From a virus (taxonomy: Duplodnaviria; Caudoviricetes): a stretch of 61,400 nt of DNA. The stretch lies in IMG/VR virus record IMGVR_UViG_3300009502_000053, positions 1 through 61,400 of that record; one strand, written 5' to 3'. The translations under genes and the position numbers were made by a program. Shown here piece by piece: positions 28,260 to 37,303 of this stretch; positions within the stretch are counted from its first letter, which is position 1; each line of letters begins with the position of its first letter. The notes under the pieces were generated by a model. It did no database searches, was not told the origin of the DNA, and saw only the letters and a list, made by a program, of their open reading frames with translations.

Positions 28260-28587
28260 TTATTTTGAAGTTTTTTACAAAATGTGATGTCACTTCACCC
28301 ATTCCGACATAAAATGAGAATTTGTAACCTTGTCTTAATTTTTTGCTTATAAATCCACCAACCACAAAGTCTTGACATAAATAAATTGATCTATCTTCAA
28401 ATCTAACCAATATACCTTCACATTGTTTACCCATTATTTCTGCTGTGAATTTTTCATGAGTTATATGCTCAGGTTGCCTTGCTTTACTTTCAGCTTTTTC
28501 AGCTTTTTCAGCTTTTGTTGTTCTTTTTCTTTTAGGTTTTTCTATAATTTTTTCTGTAGTGGTTGTAGTTGTGGTTTTTTTTATCAT
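28252..28587 (-). CDS. Hypothetical protein, basic low-complexity N-terminus
   Basis: Poly-T and KAEKAE repeats; ATGA overlap. Confidence 0.7.
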   Translation of the reverse strand: MIKKTTTTTTTEKIIEKPKRKRTTKAEKAEKAESKARQPEHITHEKFTAEIMGKQCEGILVRFEDRSIYLCQDFVVGGFISKKLRQGYKFSFYVGMGEVTSHFVKNFKIIN

Positions 28588-28889
28588 TTTTTAATTTTAA
28601 ATACTTTTTTTTCTTCTTTACATTTTAACATTATATCATTTCTTAACTTTTTACCAATTGATTCAGCACAAAGCTTAGCATTGACACAATGACTCAAATC
28701 TTCTTTGTTGTATGGTGACCCATTTACTATTGCAAAACCTTCATATACATTTTGTTTAGGCTTTAGCATACCTTCTACCAGTTTTAATTCTACTTCAACT
28801 GTAAGTTCATTTGGTTTTTTATCTATCGTGTAACTCAATTTATATGAGCCTTTAATTTGAAATGCTGGATATATTTCTTTTTTAACCAT
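28584..28889 (-). CDS. Hypothetical protein
   Basis: ORF in operon. Confidence 0.75.
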   Translation of the reverse strand: MVKKEIYPAFQIKGSYKLSYTIDKKPNELTVEVELKLVEGMLKPKQNVYEGFAIVNGSPYNKEDLSHCVNAKLCAESIGKKLRNDIMLKCKEEKKVFKIKK

Positions 28890-29421
28890 TTGATATTTGT
28901 CTTATTTTTTTCTTTCTTTGATCTAAAAATCTTCTATTTTCAAGATCAATTGGCGTTTTTATATAATCAATACCTTCTTGCCTTCTATATCTACGACCAG
29001 TGTTTGGATCTATATAGTCATACTCTTTAAATGTTAAATCTTCATAGAAAAATATTTTTCCTTTTTCAAAATCGTCTATTTTTCTGCAACCTCTTTTTAT
29101 GTCAACTGGATCATTATAAACTAATTTGCCATTAATATAGAATGAATAAGATTTTGTTCCAGCAGCAACATAATCACCTTTTTCAAGATATCTTATAATT
29201 GCTGGACCATATAAATTATGTAATACACCGTTTTCAACAAAATATTCATAGCCATCAAATAAGATGTGTGATATATCTTTTTTCATAGTATCTATATATT
29301 CATATAGCGTTGCAAAATTTGGAAATTGACTTTTATATTTTTTATCAGTGTTTTCTGTTAAACAAATAAAATCATTCCAATCTAATTTACATTTTCTCTC
29401 ACCAAAAGAATACTCTATCAT
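28882..29421 (-). CDS. Hypothetical protein with LHNxxGPA motif and C-terminal RxxKIxxI
   Basis: GVLHNLYGPAII; ends QRKKKIRQISNG. Confidence 0.75.
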   Translation of the reverse strand: MIEYSFGERKCKLDWNDFICLTENTDKKYKSQFPNFATLYEYIDTMKKDISHILFDGYEYFVENGVLHNLYGPAIIRYLEKGDYVAAGTKSYSFYINGKLVYNDPVDIKRGCRKIDDFEKGKIFFYEDLTFKEYDYIDPNTGRRYRRQEGIDYIKTPIDLENRRFLDQRKKKIRQISNG

Positions 29422-29425
29422 ACTT

Positions 29426-31069
29426 TCAAGTTTTTAAAATTTTTATAGCATCAGTGAAATACTGAGGTAGTATATGCGAATTATATTTTAATAAATCAGA
29501 AAAGTTGGAATCTAAGATAAAGGTATCACAAAAATCCTCATCATTTCGAACTCCGCGGCCTACCATTTGTAGCAATTCAGAGACAGTGGTGTTAGAATAA
29601 TAATCTTTATTGGAATTTTTTCTTGCCACAATTTGTTTTGATCCTAATGATGGATATGGTATTTTTAATATGATACTAAAACGTGCACTATCATTTTTTA
29701 AATCTACTCCGCTGCCCATTGATGGTGAAACTATTACTGTTGGTTCCACACTTTCTAAATGCTTTTCTAATATTTCATCACGATTTTCTGTATTGTGAAA
29801 TAATAATCTTTCATTTTGTATATTTTCTTTAACCCATTCAGAAATTTCGTATGTTGTACAGTGAATTATACCTTTTTTATTTTTATATTTTTTTAAAATT
29901 TTATTAATCCAAGGTAATTGATTTTTGAATGTTTCTTCTTTACTATACATATTCATTTTTCCAATACCTTTTATATAATATATCGGTCTATTTTCTAATT
30001 TAAATGGTGTATCAATCTCAAAGTATGATGTTAATTTAGGATCTAATCCATTAATAGATGAAAAAACTTCTTCAGATATTAATGTAGCTGAGGTGAAAAA
30101 AATATGATCGTAATGTTGATAAATTTTATCGTTTAGGAAGTCGCTAACCCATATATGAGAGCTAATCAATTCACAACCAGAATACATTTTATCGTTTTTA
30201 TTAATATTTACATCAAGAACTATATTATTTGGATTATTTTTGTATGATTCAAATAATTGTTTAAATGATGATAATTTACTTTTTATATTTTGAATAAATG
30301 AACTCAATTCAATTCTTTTTTTTGTATTAGCGCCTCCAGATATTTCTTTTTCAAATTGAGATTCTTTTGATTCTAAATCTGGTATTAATTTTCTTTCTAA
30401 AAATTCAAGATATTTATCTAAATATTTAATTTTTGATATGTATCTTTCATCATATCGTTCTATTTCTTTTAAATTAAATCCACATTTTTTTAAAGTTTTA
30501 GATGAGACTTTGGTATCTAAATAGGTTGAAAAGATACCTTCTAAAAGATGACACTCATCGACGATCAGTACATTAGCATCTCTTCTTTTAAGTGTATCTT
30601 GCTGAAAAAGTGATAATGTGCTGAAAAGATGAAAATTGGTTAGAGATAAGTCTCCAGCAATCCATTTATTTTTTGCTATTTCATATGGACATGCTGTACA
30701 TCCACCTGCTTTTAATATAGTGTGTAATTCCTTAGCTGTGCCGCAGTCTGTATTATATTTATCGCAATAATAATTTGATCTACCTTTATAGTTGTTGATA
30801 AAATCAAAATCTTTTAGATACTGCTGTTGCAAAACTTTTGAGCCAGTTATTATAGTAAATTTTGCACTTTCGTTTATGAAATTTCTATACCAATTACTTA
30901 ATAGTGATGCACTTATGAAGCTCTTACCGACTCCAGTTGGAAGATTTAATAAAAAAAACTTTTTATTAGAAATTATTGATTTTTTTATAAAGTCTAGTGT
31001 TTGAATTTGATAATCTTTTGGAATAAATCGTATCGGAAACCATATTTTTTTATCACCTATTTCAATCAT
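29426..31069 (-). CDS. DinG/XPD-family SF2 helicase
   Basis: PTGVGKS, DECH, SAT, GVDL, KIPYP, QMVGRGVR..D; four-Cys candidate Fe-S segment. Confidence 0.9.
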   Translation of the reverse strand: MIEIGDKKIWFPIRFIPKDYQIQTLDFIKKSIISNKKFFLLNLPTGVGKSFISASLLSNWYRNFINESAKFTIITGSKVLQQQYLKDFDFINNYKGRSNYYCDKYNTDCGTAKELHTILKAGGCTACPYEIAKNKWIAGDLSLTNFHLFSTLSLFQQDTLKRRDANVLIVDECHLLEGIFSTYLDTKVSSKTLKKCGFNLKEIERYDERYISKIKYLDKYLEFLERKLIPDLESKESQFEKEISGGANTKKRIELSSFIQNIKSKLSSFKQLFESYKNNPNNIVLDVNINKNDKMYSGCELISSHIWVSDFLNDKIYQHYDHIFFTSATLISEEVFSSINGLDPKLTSYFEIDTPFKLENRPIYYIKGIGKMNMYSKEETFKNQLPWINKILKKYKNKKGIIHCTTYEISEWVKENIQNERLLFHNTENRDEILEKHLESVEPTVIVSPSMGSGVDLKNDSARFSIILKIPYPSLGSKQIVARKNSNKDYYSNTTVSELLQMVGRGVRNDEDFCDTFILDSNFSDLLKYNSHILPQYFTDAIKILKT

Positions 31070-31078
31070 AAAATGTTT

Positions 31079-32170
31079 TTATTGATTATAGATTTTTTCA
31101 ATAGATTTGTTTTTTAAATAATCAATAAGAATATCTTCAACATTTTCATCATATTTTATTCTTAATAGATTAATATTATTATCTTCACAATATTTATTTT
31201 TAATATTATCTTTTATTTTTTGCTTTTCTAATTCAGAGTCCCCGCCCCAATGTTTTGCAGAAATAAAATGTTGTTCACCATCATATTCAATACAAATATT
31301 TAGATCAATAAGATAAAAATCAAAATGTAATAGTCTTTCATATTTACAATTTTCAAAGTTGTGTTGCCTAGTATAGTTTATTTTATTGTTTTTTAAAAAC
31401 ATTCTTATTTTCTTTTCACCGTAAGATTCTTTACATATTGGACAACCTTTTCCTCTTTTGTGATTATCAGGAGTTTGCTCAAACATACCATGAATTGGGC
31501 AAATAATTTTAACTTTATCACGAGCACCATTATAATCTACTAATGAATAATCATATTTATCTCCGTGTACTTTTTTTGCTTTGTTAATAAACTCTTTATT
31601 TGATGATTTTGATTTTTCCTTTGAACATTTTGGACAATTACAATTTAGATGAATTACAGGTTTTTGTTTAAAAATACCATGTTTTTTGCATATTATTTTA
31701 ACTGGTGTTATACTATCTTTATAATCAACTAAAGAATAATCATATTTATTACCGTGCTTTTCTTTTGAATTTTTTATAAATTCGTTGGTGGTTGAGCATT
31801 TTCCACATTTCTGGCAACCACAACCATTCAAATGACAATTAGGTTCTTGATAAAATGCACCATGTATATTACAAATAATTTTAATTTTAATTCTATTATG
31901 TTTATAATCAACAAGAGAATAATCATATTTATCACCGTGTATTTTTTTTGCTTTTTCTACAAATTTATCAGTGTTTGAACCCCTACATTTAGAGCAACCT
32001 TTGTTACTTAAATGTGCATTTGGTGATTGCTCAAATTCTCCGTGTTTAGAACATATGATTTTTACTTTTTTGCTAGATTTTTGATAACAAACTAACGAGT
32101 AGTCATATTTATCTCCGTGAACTTTTTTTGCTTTTTCTATAAAATTTTTAGTATTAGATTGCCAGCTCAT
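31079..32170 (-). CDS. Repeat-containing PD-(D/E)xK-like mobile endonuclease
   Basis: Four HG(D/N)KYDYSLV/CxxHG repeats + FDFYL..IEYDGEQH..WGG. Confidence 0.85.
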   Translation of the reverse strand: MSWQSNTKNFIEKAKKVHGDKYDYSLVCYQKSSKKVKIICSKHGEFEQSPNAHLSNKGCSKCRGSNTDKFVEKAKKIHGDKYDYSLVDYKHNRIKIKIICNIHGAFYQEPNCHLNGCGCQKCGKCSTTNEFIKNSKEKHGNKYDYSLVDYKDSITPVKIICKKHGIFKQKPVIHLNCNCPKCSKEKSKSSNKEFINKAKKVHGDKYDYSLVDYNGARDKVKIICPIHGMFEQTPDNHKRGKGCPICKESYGEKKIRMFLKNNKINYTRQHNFENCKYERLLHFDFYLIDLNICIEYDGEQHFISAKHWGGDSELEKQKIKDNIKNKYCEDNNINLLRIKYDENVEDILIDYLKNKSIEKIYNQ

Positions 32171-32346
32171 AAGATAATTTTCTTATTTTTTAATTCTTCT
32201 CTGAATTCTGAATCTTTACAGAGTTCTTCAATAGCACAATATTCTAAGAATTTTGATCTATTACCTACTGTATCATTTATTATTTTTAGTATATCAGGAT
32301 CTAATGATATAGAGAATGTGACTTTTTTATTTTTCTTTGTTTTCAT
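32167..32346 (-). CDS. Small ribbon-helix-helix protein (not in ORF track)
   Basis: MKTKKNKKVTFSISLDPDILKIINDTVGNRSKFLEYCAIEEL..., ATGA overlap with endonuclease. Confidence 0.75.
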   Translation of the reverse strand: MKTKKNKKVTFSISLDPDILKIINDTVGNRSKFLEYCAIEELCKDSEFREELKNKKIIL

Positions 32347-32477
32347 GATTAATCTTTATTTTATAGTATATATAAATATTTTAAAGTCAAAACTTAACAA
32401 TTTTCTATTATTTTTACATTATAAATATGTTATACAACATATTAAACTTTAATAGAAAATATACTATAAATTGTGAT

Positions 32478-32639
32478 ATGAGAAAAACAAAACCAGACGA
32501 ATTAAAGAGAAAGACAATATCTGTTTCAATAGATCCAAGAGTATATGAAATGTGGGTTAAGTATTGTGAGAAGTATGAGATAGAGAACTATTCAGAGTAT
32601 TTTGAAAAGATAATTGTGGATAAATTGAAGGATAAATAA
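32478..32639 (+). CDS. Small ribbon-helix-helix protein, divergent
   Basis: MRKTKPDELKRKTISVSIDPRVYEMW...NYSEYFEKII. Confidence 0.7.
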   Translation: MRKTKPDELKRKTISVSIDPRVYEMWVKYCEKYEIENYSEYFEKIIVDKLKDK

Positions 32640-32666
32640 AAAAAGAGCCTGAATTTCAGGCTCTTC
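32635..32666 (-). terminator. Intrinsic terminator closing the minus-strand RNA
   Basis: Minus strand AAGAGCCTG-AAATT-CAGGCTCTT followed by U-tract. Confidence 0.85.
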
Positions 32667-32880
32667 AACTTTCTATGTTGGTGTGCTGTTACGCCAAAGA
32701 CATTCTTGTACTTTTTTGGTGAGAATATGTTGATACCATAGCCCAACACCGCTCTATTTACCACAGACTACATCAAAAGATACTATTACCATATCTAACA
32801 TTTTGCGATTGTGTAGAGTTTAAGTCACTCATTATAAGATGGCTGCTTCCAAGCCAACTTCCCAACAGTCTTTGAAAGTT
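32667..32880 (-). ncRNA. Structured RNA mimicking the 23S rRNA GTPase-associated centre (H42-H44) with ~130-nt insertion
   Basis: Minus strand AACUUUC-AAAGAC-UGUUGG-GAAGUUGGCUUGGAAGCAGCCAUC-UUAUAAUGAG...GCGUAACAGC-ACA-CCAACA-UA-GAAAGUU; H43 and H44 loops match 23S, closing stems pair with non-rRNA sequence. Confidence 0.75.
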
Positions 32881-33120
32881 TTATAAAAATAAATCTGGAT
32901 TATTTTTCAGATTTTCTAATTTTTCTTTACGATCTTTTCTTAAGAAATATTTGTTTGTATCAAGAAAGAATCTGCAAGATTTATCTTCACTTACCATTTC
33001 ATTGAAATATGGACTATTTTCATGCCTACAAGTAGTATTATCAGAGCCAGTCATATCATTTATCATGATATTAATATCTGAATACTCTGAAAACATACAA
33101 TATAAGCAATTATCTTTCAT
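32881..33120 (-). CDS. Small Cys-containing protein with RxxKLxxL motif
   Basis: CLYC..C..C; DRKEKLENLK. Confidence 0.7.
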   Translation of the reverse strand: MKDNCLYCMFSEYSDINIMINDMTGSDNTTCRHENSPYFNEMVSEDKSCRFFLDTNKYFLRKDRKEKLENLKNNPDLFL

Positions 33121-33881
33121 CTAAATCTCCTTTCTTTTTCCATTCTTTTTAATGTTTGAAATGGTGTTTCATTTTTTTTCATTTCATAAGAACAACCAGT
33201 ACAACCACCCTTATATGAGTTCTTCCTTTCTCCAATATCTGTACTGAATTCAATTTCAATACATTTATGAATTTTTCTTGTCCATTTTAGCCATTTAAAC
33301 CATTTCCATCGCCATTCTCTTTCTTCAACTCTAATAGTTGCCAGGCAATGTTGTGCTTCACCACCATTTGTGATATAAAGATAAGGATATGTTTCAGAAA
33401 ATAAAATTCCATACCATTTATCTTTATCCCAAAAATTTCTATTTTTATATTTTTTTGTGTCGTGTTCCCAGGTTCCATCGATTTTTAATGCTGATGTTCT
33501 AATCCAATCAAGTGTCCAAGGAAGATCATATAATTTAGTATTTTTTCCATAGTTAATACCAAACTGATTCATATAGAAATATACACCATATTGTGGTGGA
33601 TCGCATTCATCATATGTTTCTTTCTTATATACTTTTTTCTCTATTTTTTTACCTGAGATGGAATTTAGTTTATCTTTCCTTTTTTCTTTTAGAGTCTTTT
33701 CTCTTTCAACTTTTTTATAATGAACCCAAGGCATATATAGAAAGAGTTTACCCCAGATAAAATATATTTGAAGAACTGGCTTTGTGTCATAGTATCCTGA
33801 TAGTTGATATCTAAATTGAAAACCACTCCAATCAGGAGTAAAATCAAACCATTTGGTTCTATATGTCTTTTTTTCTTTCAT
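33117..33881 (-). CDS. Hypothetical Trp-rich protein
   Basis: EEREWRWKW..GERKNSYKGGCTGCSYEM; internal RKDKLNSI. Confidence 0.8.
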   Translation of the reverse strand: MKEKKTYRTKWFDFTPDWSGFQFRYQLSGYYDTKPVLQIYFIWGKLFLYMPWVHYKKVEREKTLKEKRKDKLNSISGKKIEKKVYKKETYDECDPPQYGVYFYMNQFGINYGKNTKLYDLPWTLDWIRTSALKIDGTWEHDTKKYKNRNFWDKDKWYGILFSETYPYLYITNGGEAQHCLATIRVEEREWRWKWFKWLKWTRKIHKCIEIEFSTDIGERKNSYKGGCTGCSYEMKKNETPFQTLKRMEKERRFR

Positions 33882-33933
33882 AAAAATTATATGTCATAGA
33901 AATTAATAAGTTTAAATTTTAATATATAAGAAT

Positions 33934-34254
33934 ATGAATATAAAAAGATTTAATGAATCAAAAGAAAATAATATTATCAAAGAATTTGATGATAAAAGAA
34001 CTGAATATAATAAAATTCAAAAAAAAGTTTTTGAATTGATTTATGATTATTATTCTCTTTATCCTGATATGTTCTGGAAGAATTACGGTTATGACGGTGA
34101 GACTATTGTAGATGCGTATTTATATGAAAATTTGTTACATATAAAATCAACTAGTGATATTTCTTTTACATTAGCAGGAAAGCATTTTAAAGATTTTTTA
34201 ATATATGTAAATGACCCAGAATCATATAAAAATAGAAATAAATATAATTTATGA
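33934..34254 (+). CDS. Tagged protein, array unit 1 (MNIKRFNES...KYNL)
   Basis: Tags; TTTAATATATA upstream. Confidence 0.8.
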   Translation: MNIKRFNESKENNIIKEFDDKRTEYNKIQKKVFELIYDYYSLYPDMFWKNYGYDGETIVDAYLYENLLHIKSTSDISFTLAGKHFKDFLIYVNDPESYKNRNKYNL

Positions 34255-34646
34255 AAATTCAGAGATTTAATGAATCTATTCCATATCCTCATAATTCAAT
34301 TGGTGATAAAAGTACTAATTTTTTTAAAGATAGTAAATTGTCAGAGTATTTTGATGAACAAAATAAATTCCTTAAAATAAAAGGAGATATGTTGAATTTA
34401 ATCAATGAATACGTTGATTTAAACGATGAAAATAGAGATTATTTTTTGGAAGAATATGAATTACAACCTGGTGATATTATTGATTTTTCTGTTGAACTTA
34501 TAAATAGTGAGCCATATAAAAGGCTGGCATTAAAACTTATTAAAGAAGGTAATATTAATTATATGAGAAATGTTGATTTTAAAAAAATGGTTGAATTTAT
34601 AAATAATCCAGAGATGTTTAGAAATCAAAAGAAATTTAACTTATGA
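34251..34646 (+). CDS. Tagged protein, array unit 2 (MKIQRFNES...KFNL)
   Basis: Tags; LINEY and FINNPE motifs. Confidence 0.8.
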   Translation: MKIQRFNESIPYPHNSIGDKSTNFFKDSKLSEYFDEQNKFLKIKGDMLNLINEYVDLNDENRDYFLEEYELQPGDIIDFSVELINSEPYKRLALKLIKEGNINYMRNVDFKKMVEFINNPEMFRNQKKFNL

Positions 34647-35029
34647 AAATTCAAAAATTCAATGAATCATATCAAGGCGATAAAATTATAAATCAATATA
34701 ATAATAGTATTATACGAAAATATAATATTGATTATGAATTATCTAAAGCTAGATTAGAAGATTCTAGAAATAATATATTGAAACTTTTAAATGAATATGT
34801 ATCAATGAATATATCTTATTTTGTTAAAAAATATAATAACTGGGGTGCATCTTATACAGTAAAAGATTTTAATTTTGATGTTGGTAGTGATAAAAGACCG
34901 TATTTTACATTAAGCCATTCAAAATTTGATTTTGATACAATTGAATTAAAATATATCGATATTGTAAATTTATTTAAGTTTTTAGAAGATCCAGAATTAT
35001 ATAAAAATCAACAGAAATTTAACTTATGA
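34643..35029 (+). CDS. Tagged protein, array unit 3 (MKIQKFNES...KFNL)
   Basis: Tags; LLNEY and FLEDPE motifs. Confidence 0.8.
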   Translation: MKIQKFNESYQGDKIINQYNNSIIRKYNIDYELSKARLEDSRNNILKLLNEYVSMNISYFVKKYNNWGASYTVKDFNFDVGSDKRPYFTLSHSKFDFDTIELKYIDIVNLFKFLEDPELYKNQQKFNL

Positions 35030-35286
35030 AATATATAATGTTCTTTGAATCTTTTCCGTTTAATCAATCATTAAAAATTGGTGATTATGTTGAACTTATT
35101 GATAATGATGAAGGTAGACTTGATGGATATTGGCAAATTGAGGATATTAAACTTGATACATTTAAAAAAACTAAAACTGGATGCATTTATGAACTTGTGA
35201 GGGGCGAAGATACATTATCAGAAGAAGGGAATAATTTGAGAAAAGTTCCAGAAGAAGAATACAACGCTAAGAAATTTAACTTATAA
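35026..35286 (+). CDS. Tagged protein, array unit 4 (MKYIMFFES...KFNL), SH3/KOW-like KIGDYV
   Basis: Tags. Confidence 0.75.
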   Translation: MKYIMFFESFPFNQSLKIGDYVELIDNDEGRLDGYWQIEDIKLDTFKKTKTGCIYELVRGEDTLSEEGNNLRKVPEEEYNAKKFNL

Positions 35287-35287
35287 T

Positions 35288-35728
35288 ATGAAAATTAGAA
35301 GATTATACGAAGATGTGCATGATGATATTATAGAAGCTGGTGAAAGAGAAGAAATGGAATATAAAGCTGCAGAAGAATATATTTCAAATAATCTTAAAGG
35401 TAGTAAATTGAATAATTTTAATAATTTACAAAATGAGTATTTTGAAACAAAGAAAGAGATATTAAAATTACTCAATGAATATACCGAAATAAGAGATAAA
35501 GAAGATCCTGAAGATCATGGTGGTTATTGGCTGGGTCAATATGGATTTGATCATGGAGATATAAATAAGGTAGAAATTGTAAATCATCAATATTTTGGAA
35601 GATGTTTAAAAATAAATGTCTCTTTTAGTAATGAAGATTTTTATATGAGATCAGTAGATTTTCAAAATTTTTTAAGATATGTAGAAGATGCTGAAACATT
35701 TAAAAATATGAAAAAATTTAATTTATGA
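35288..35728 (+). CDS. Tagged protein, array unit 5 (MKIRRLYED...KFNL)
   Basis: Tags; LLNEY motif. Confidence 0.8.
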   Translation: MKIRRLYEDVHDDIIEAGEREEMEYKAAEEYISNNLKGSKLNNFNNLQNEYFETKKEILKLLNEYTEIRDKEDPEDHGGYWLGQYGFDHGDINKVEIVNHQYFGRCLKINVSFSNEDFYMRSVDFQNFLRYVEDAETFKNMKKFNL

Positions 35729-36006
35729 AAATTAAAAGATTTACTGAATCATTAGATGATGATATTTATTATAAAGGTACTATTACACATGATTTTACAA
35801 TAAAAAGATCAGATTTTCTTTATATTGTAGATACAGCATATAATAAAGATTGGGTAGAATCTAAAAGTAAAGTAGAGGTTTTATATGAATATCTTAAAGC
35901 CAGATTAACATTATTTGAACATAAAGTTAATTATATAGCTGTAGATAAAGATGGTAAACCTATTGATGAAGATCAATATGATAAAATGACAAAATTCAAT
36001 TTATGA
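35725..36006 (+). CDS. Tagged protein, array unit 6 (MKIKRFTES...KFNL)
   Basis: Tags. Confidence 0.8.
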   Translation: MKIKRFTESLDDDIYYKGTITHDFTIKRSDFLYIVDTAYNKDWVESKSKVEVLYEYLKARLTLFEHKVNYIAVDKDGKPIDEDQYDKMTKFNL

Positions 36007-36341
36007 AAATTAAAAGATTATATGAGTCAGATGAAAAAATTGAGTTAGATAAAAAACTTGATATATTTGATTATTTTAGAAAAAGATATATAGTTGATGA
36101 AACTACAAAAAAATTACTAAAATTAATTAATGAGTATATTAAGATTAATGCCAAACATTTTCATCTTTATTATGCCATTAATAAAAATATTAGAGGTGTT
36201 GAATTTTTTGAACCTTTTGATTTGTTTTTACAAGATATAGATAAACGTGATTATAAATTAAACACTGATGATTTTAATGATCTTTTAGATTTTATAGAAG
36301 ATCCTGAAGTATATAAAAATAGAAAAAAATTTAATTTATGA
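36003..36341 (+). CDS. Tagged protein, array unit 7 (MKIKRLYES...KFNL)
   Basis: Tags; LINEY and FIEDPE motifs. Confidence 0.8.
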   Translation: MKIKRLYESDEKIELDKKLDIFDYFRKRYIVDETTKKLLKLINEYIKINAKHFHLYYAINKNIRGVEFFEPFDLFLQDIDKRDYKLNTDDFNDLLDFIEDPEVYKNRKKFNL

Positions 36342-36537
36342 TTATTGATTTCTATTTTTATATTTGAACCCATTATTAATATGATTACTAAACAATTCAT
36401 CTAGTATTTTATTATATAACGCCATATTATTATTTTATTTTTTAAATGACATCATTGTAAAATATTTAGATATTATACATTATATATAAATAAATTGAGA
36501 TGTAAATTTAATATATACACTAAAAACTAAATTAAAA

Positions 36538-36888
36538 ATGACAGATTTTAAAAATGATGATATAGTTTCTAGATATTTCGATATTGTACAAGAGAAGATA
36601 AAGAAATTGATATCTGAAGATAAGGAAATTAAACCAAGTCAGATTGAAGAATTTAACGATCAAATTTTCAATCAACCTGAGGAAGTTCAAAATCAGATTA
36701 GATTATATATTGATAAAGCAACTATGAATAATTTGGATCTTGATAAAGTGGCAAAGATTATATATGATAAATTTAAGGTACAAACTAAGAATAATCACTT
36801 TGACACAAAGGATACACAACCTGTACCAAATCCAATGCTTGGTGAGAGAAAGCATATAAAAACATTTGAACAGTTTAATGATAACTAA
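36538..36888 (+). CDS. Hypothetical protein with tag-like motif at the C-terminus (KHIKTFEQF)
   Basis: ORF after TTTAATATATA. Confidence 0.75.
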   Translation: MTDFKNDDIVSRYFDIVQEKIKKLISEDKEIKPSQIEEFNDQIFNQPEEVQNQIRLYIDKATMNNLDLDKVAKIIYDKFKVQTKNNHFDTKDTQPVPNPMLGERKHIKTFEQFNDN

Positions 36889-37303
36889 CTTTAAACTATT
36901 TGAAGGTAAATATGTTAATAAGTTTGATTTTGAAATTGATCAATCATATGAGTATGATGATTTACCTAAAAAAGTTCAAAAAGATATAGATGTTCAATTT
37001 GAAGAAGAAGAAGAATATGAGCCTGATGATTACAATTATATTTTTAAATTATTACCATTAGAAGAATATGGTGAATATGTGGAAAATGCATTTGGACAAT
37101 ATGATATAGTAGATGCTATGGAACATTCATATATGAAAAAATTAGTTAAAGATATTGAAAAAAGAGGAATTGATTATCCATCTGTTGGATTTGAAGGTAA
37201 TCACAGAGCATTAGCATGTTATATGATGAATAAACCATTACCATATTTACAAATGGAATTAAAAAGTGAAGAAGAATTAGAAAAAAAATATAATGGAGAA
37301 TGA
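36878..37303 (+). CDS. Tagged protein with ParB/sulfiredoxin-like motif
   Basis: MITNFKLFEG; LVKDIEKRGIDYP..EGNHRALA. Confidence 0.6.
   Translation: MITNFKLFEGKYVNKFDFEIDQSYEYDDLPKKVQKDIDVQFEEEEEYEPDDYNYIFKLLPLEEYGEYVENAFGQYDIVDAMEHSYMKKLVKDIEKRGIDYPSVGFEGNHRALACYMMNKPLPYLQMELKSEEELEKKYNGE

Noticed and set aside
32667-32880. A genuine 23S rRNA gene or host contamination
   Set aside because: Only ~60 nt match, split by an insertion, with non-rRNA closing stems and phage genes on both sides
33934-36341. CRISPR array or DGR in the repeated-junction region
   Set aside because: Repeats are degenerate coding junctions 260-440 bp apart; no cas genes, reverse transcriptase or TR/VR pair seen
36343-36426. 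27-aa minus-strand ORF MALYNKILDELF...
   Set aside because: Too short and featureless to support
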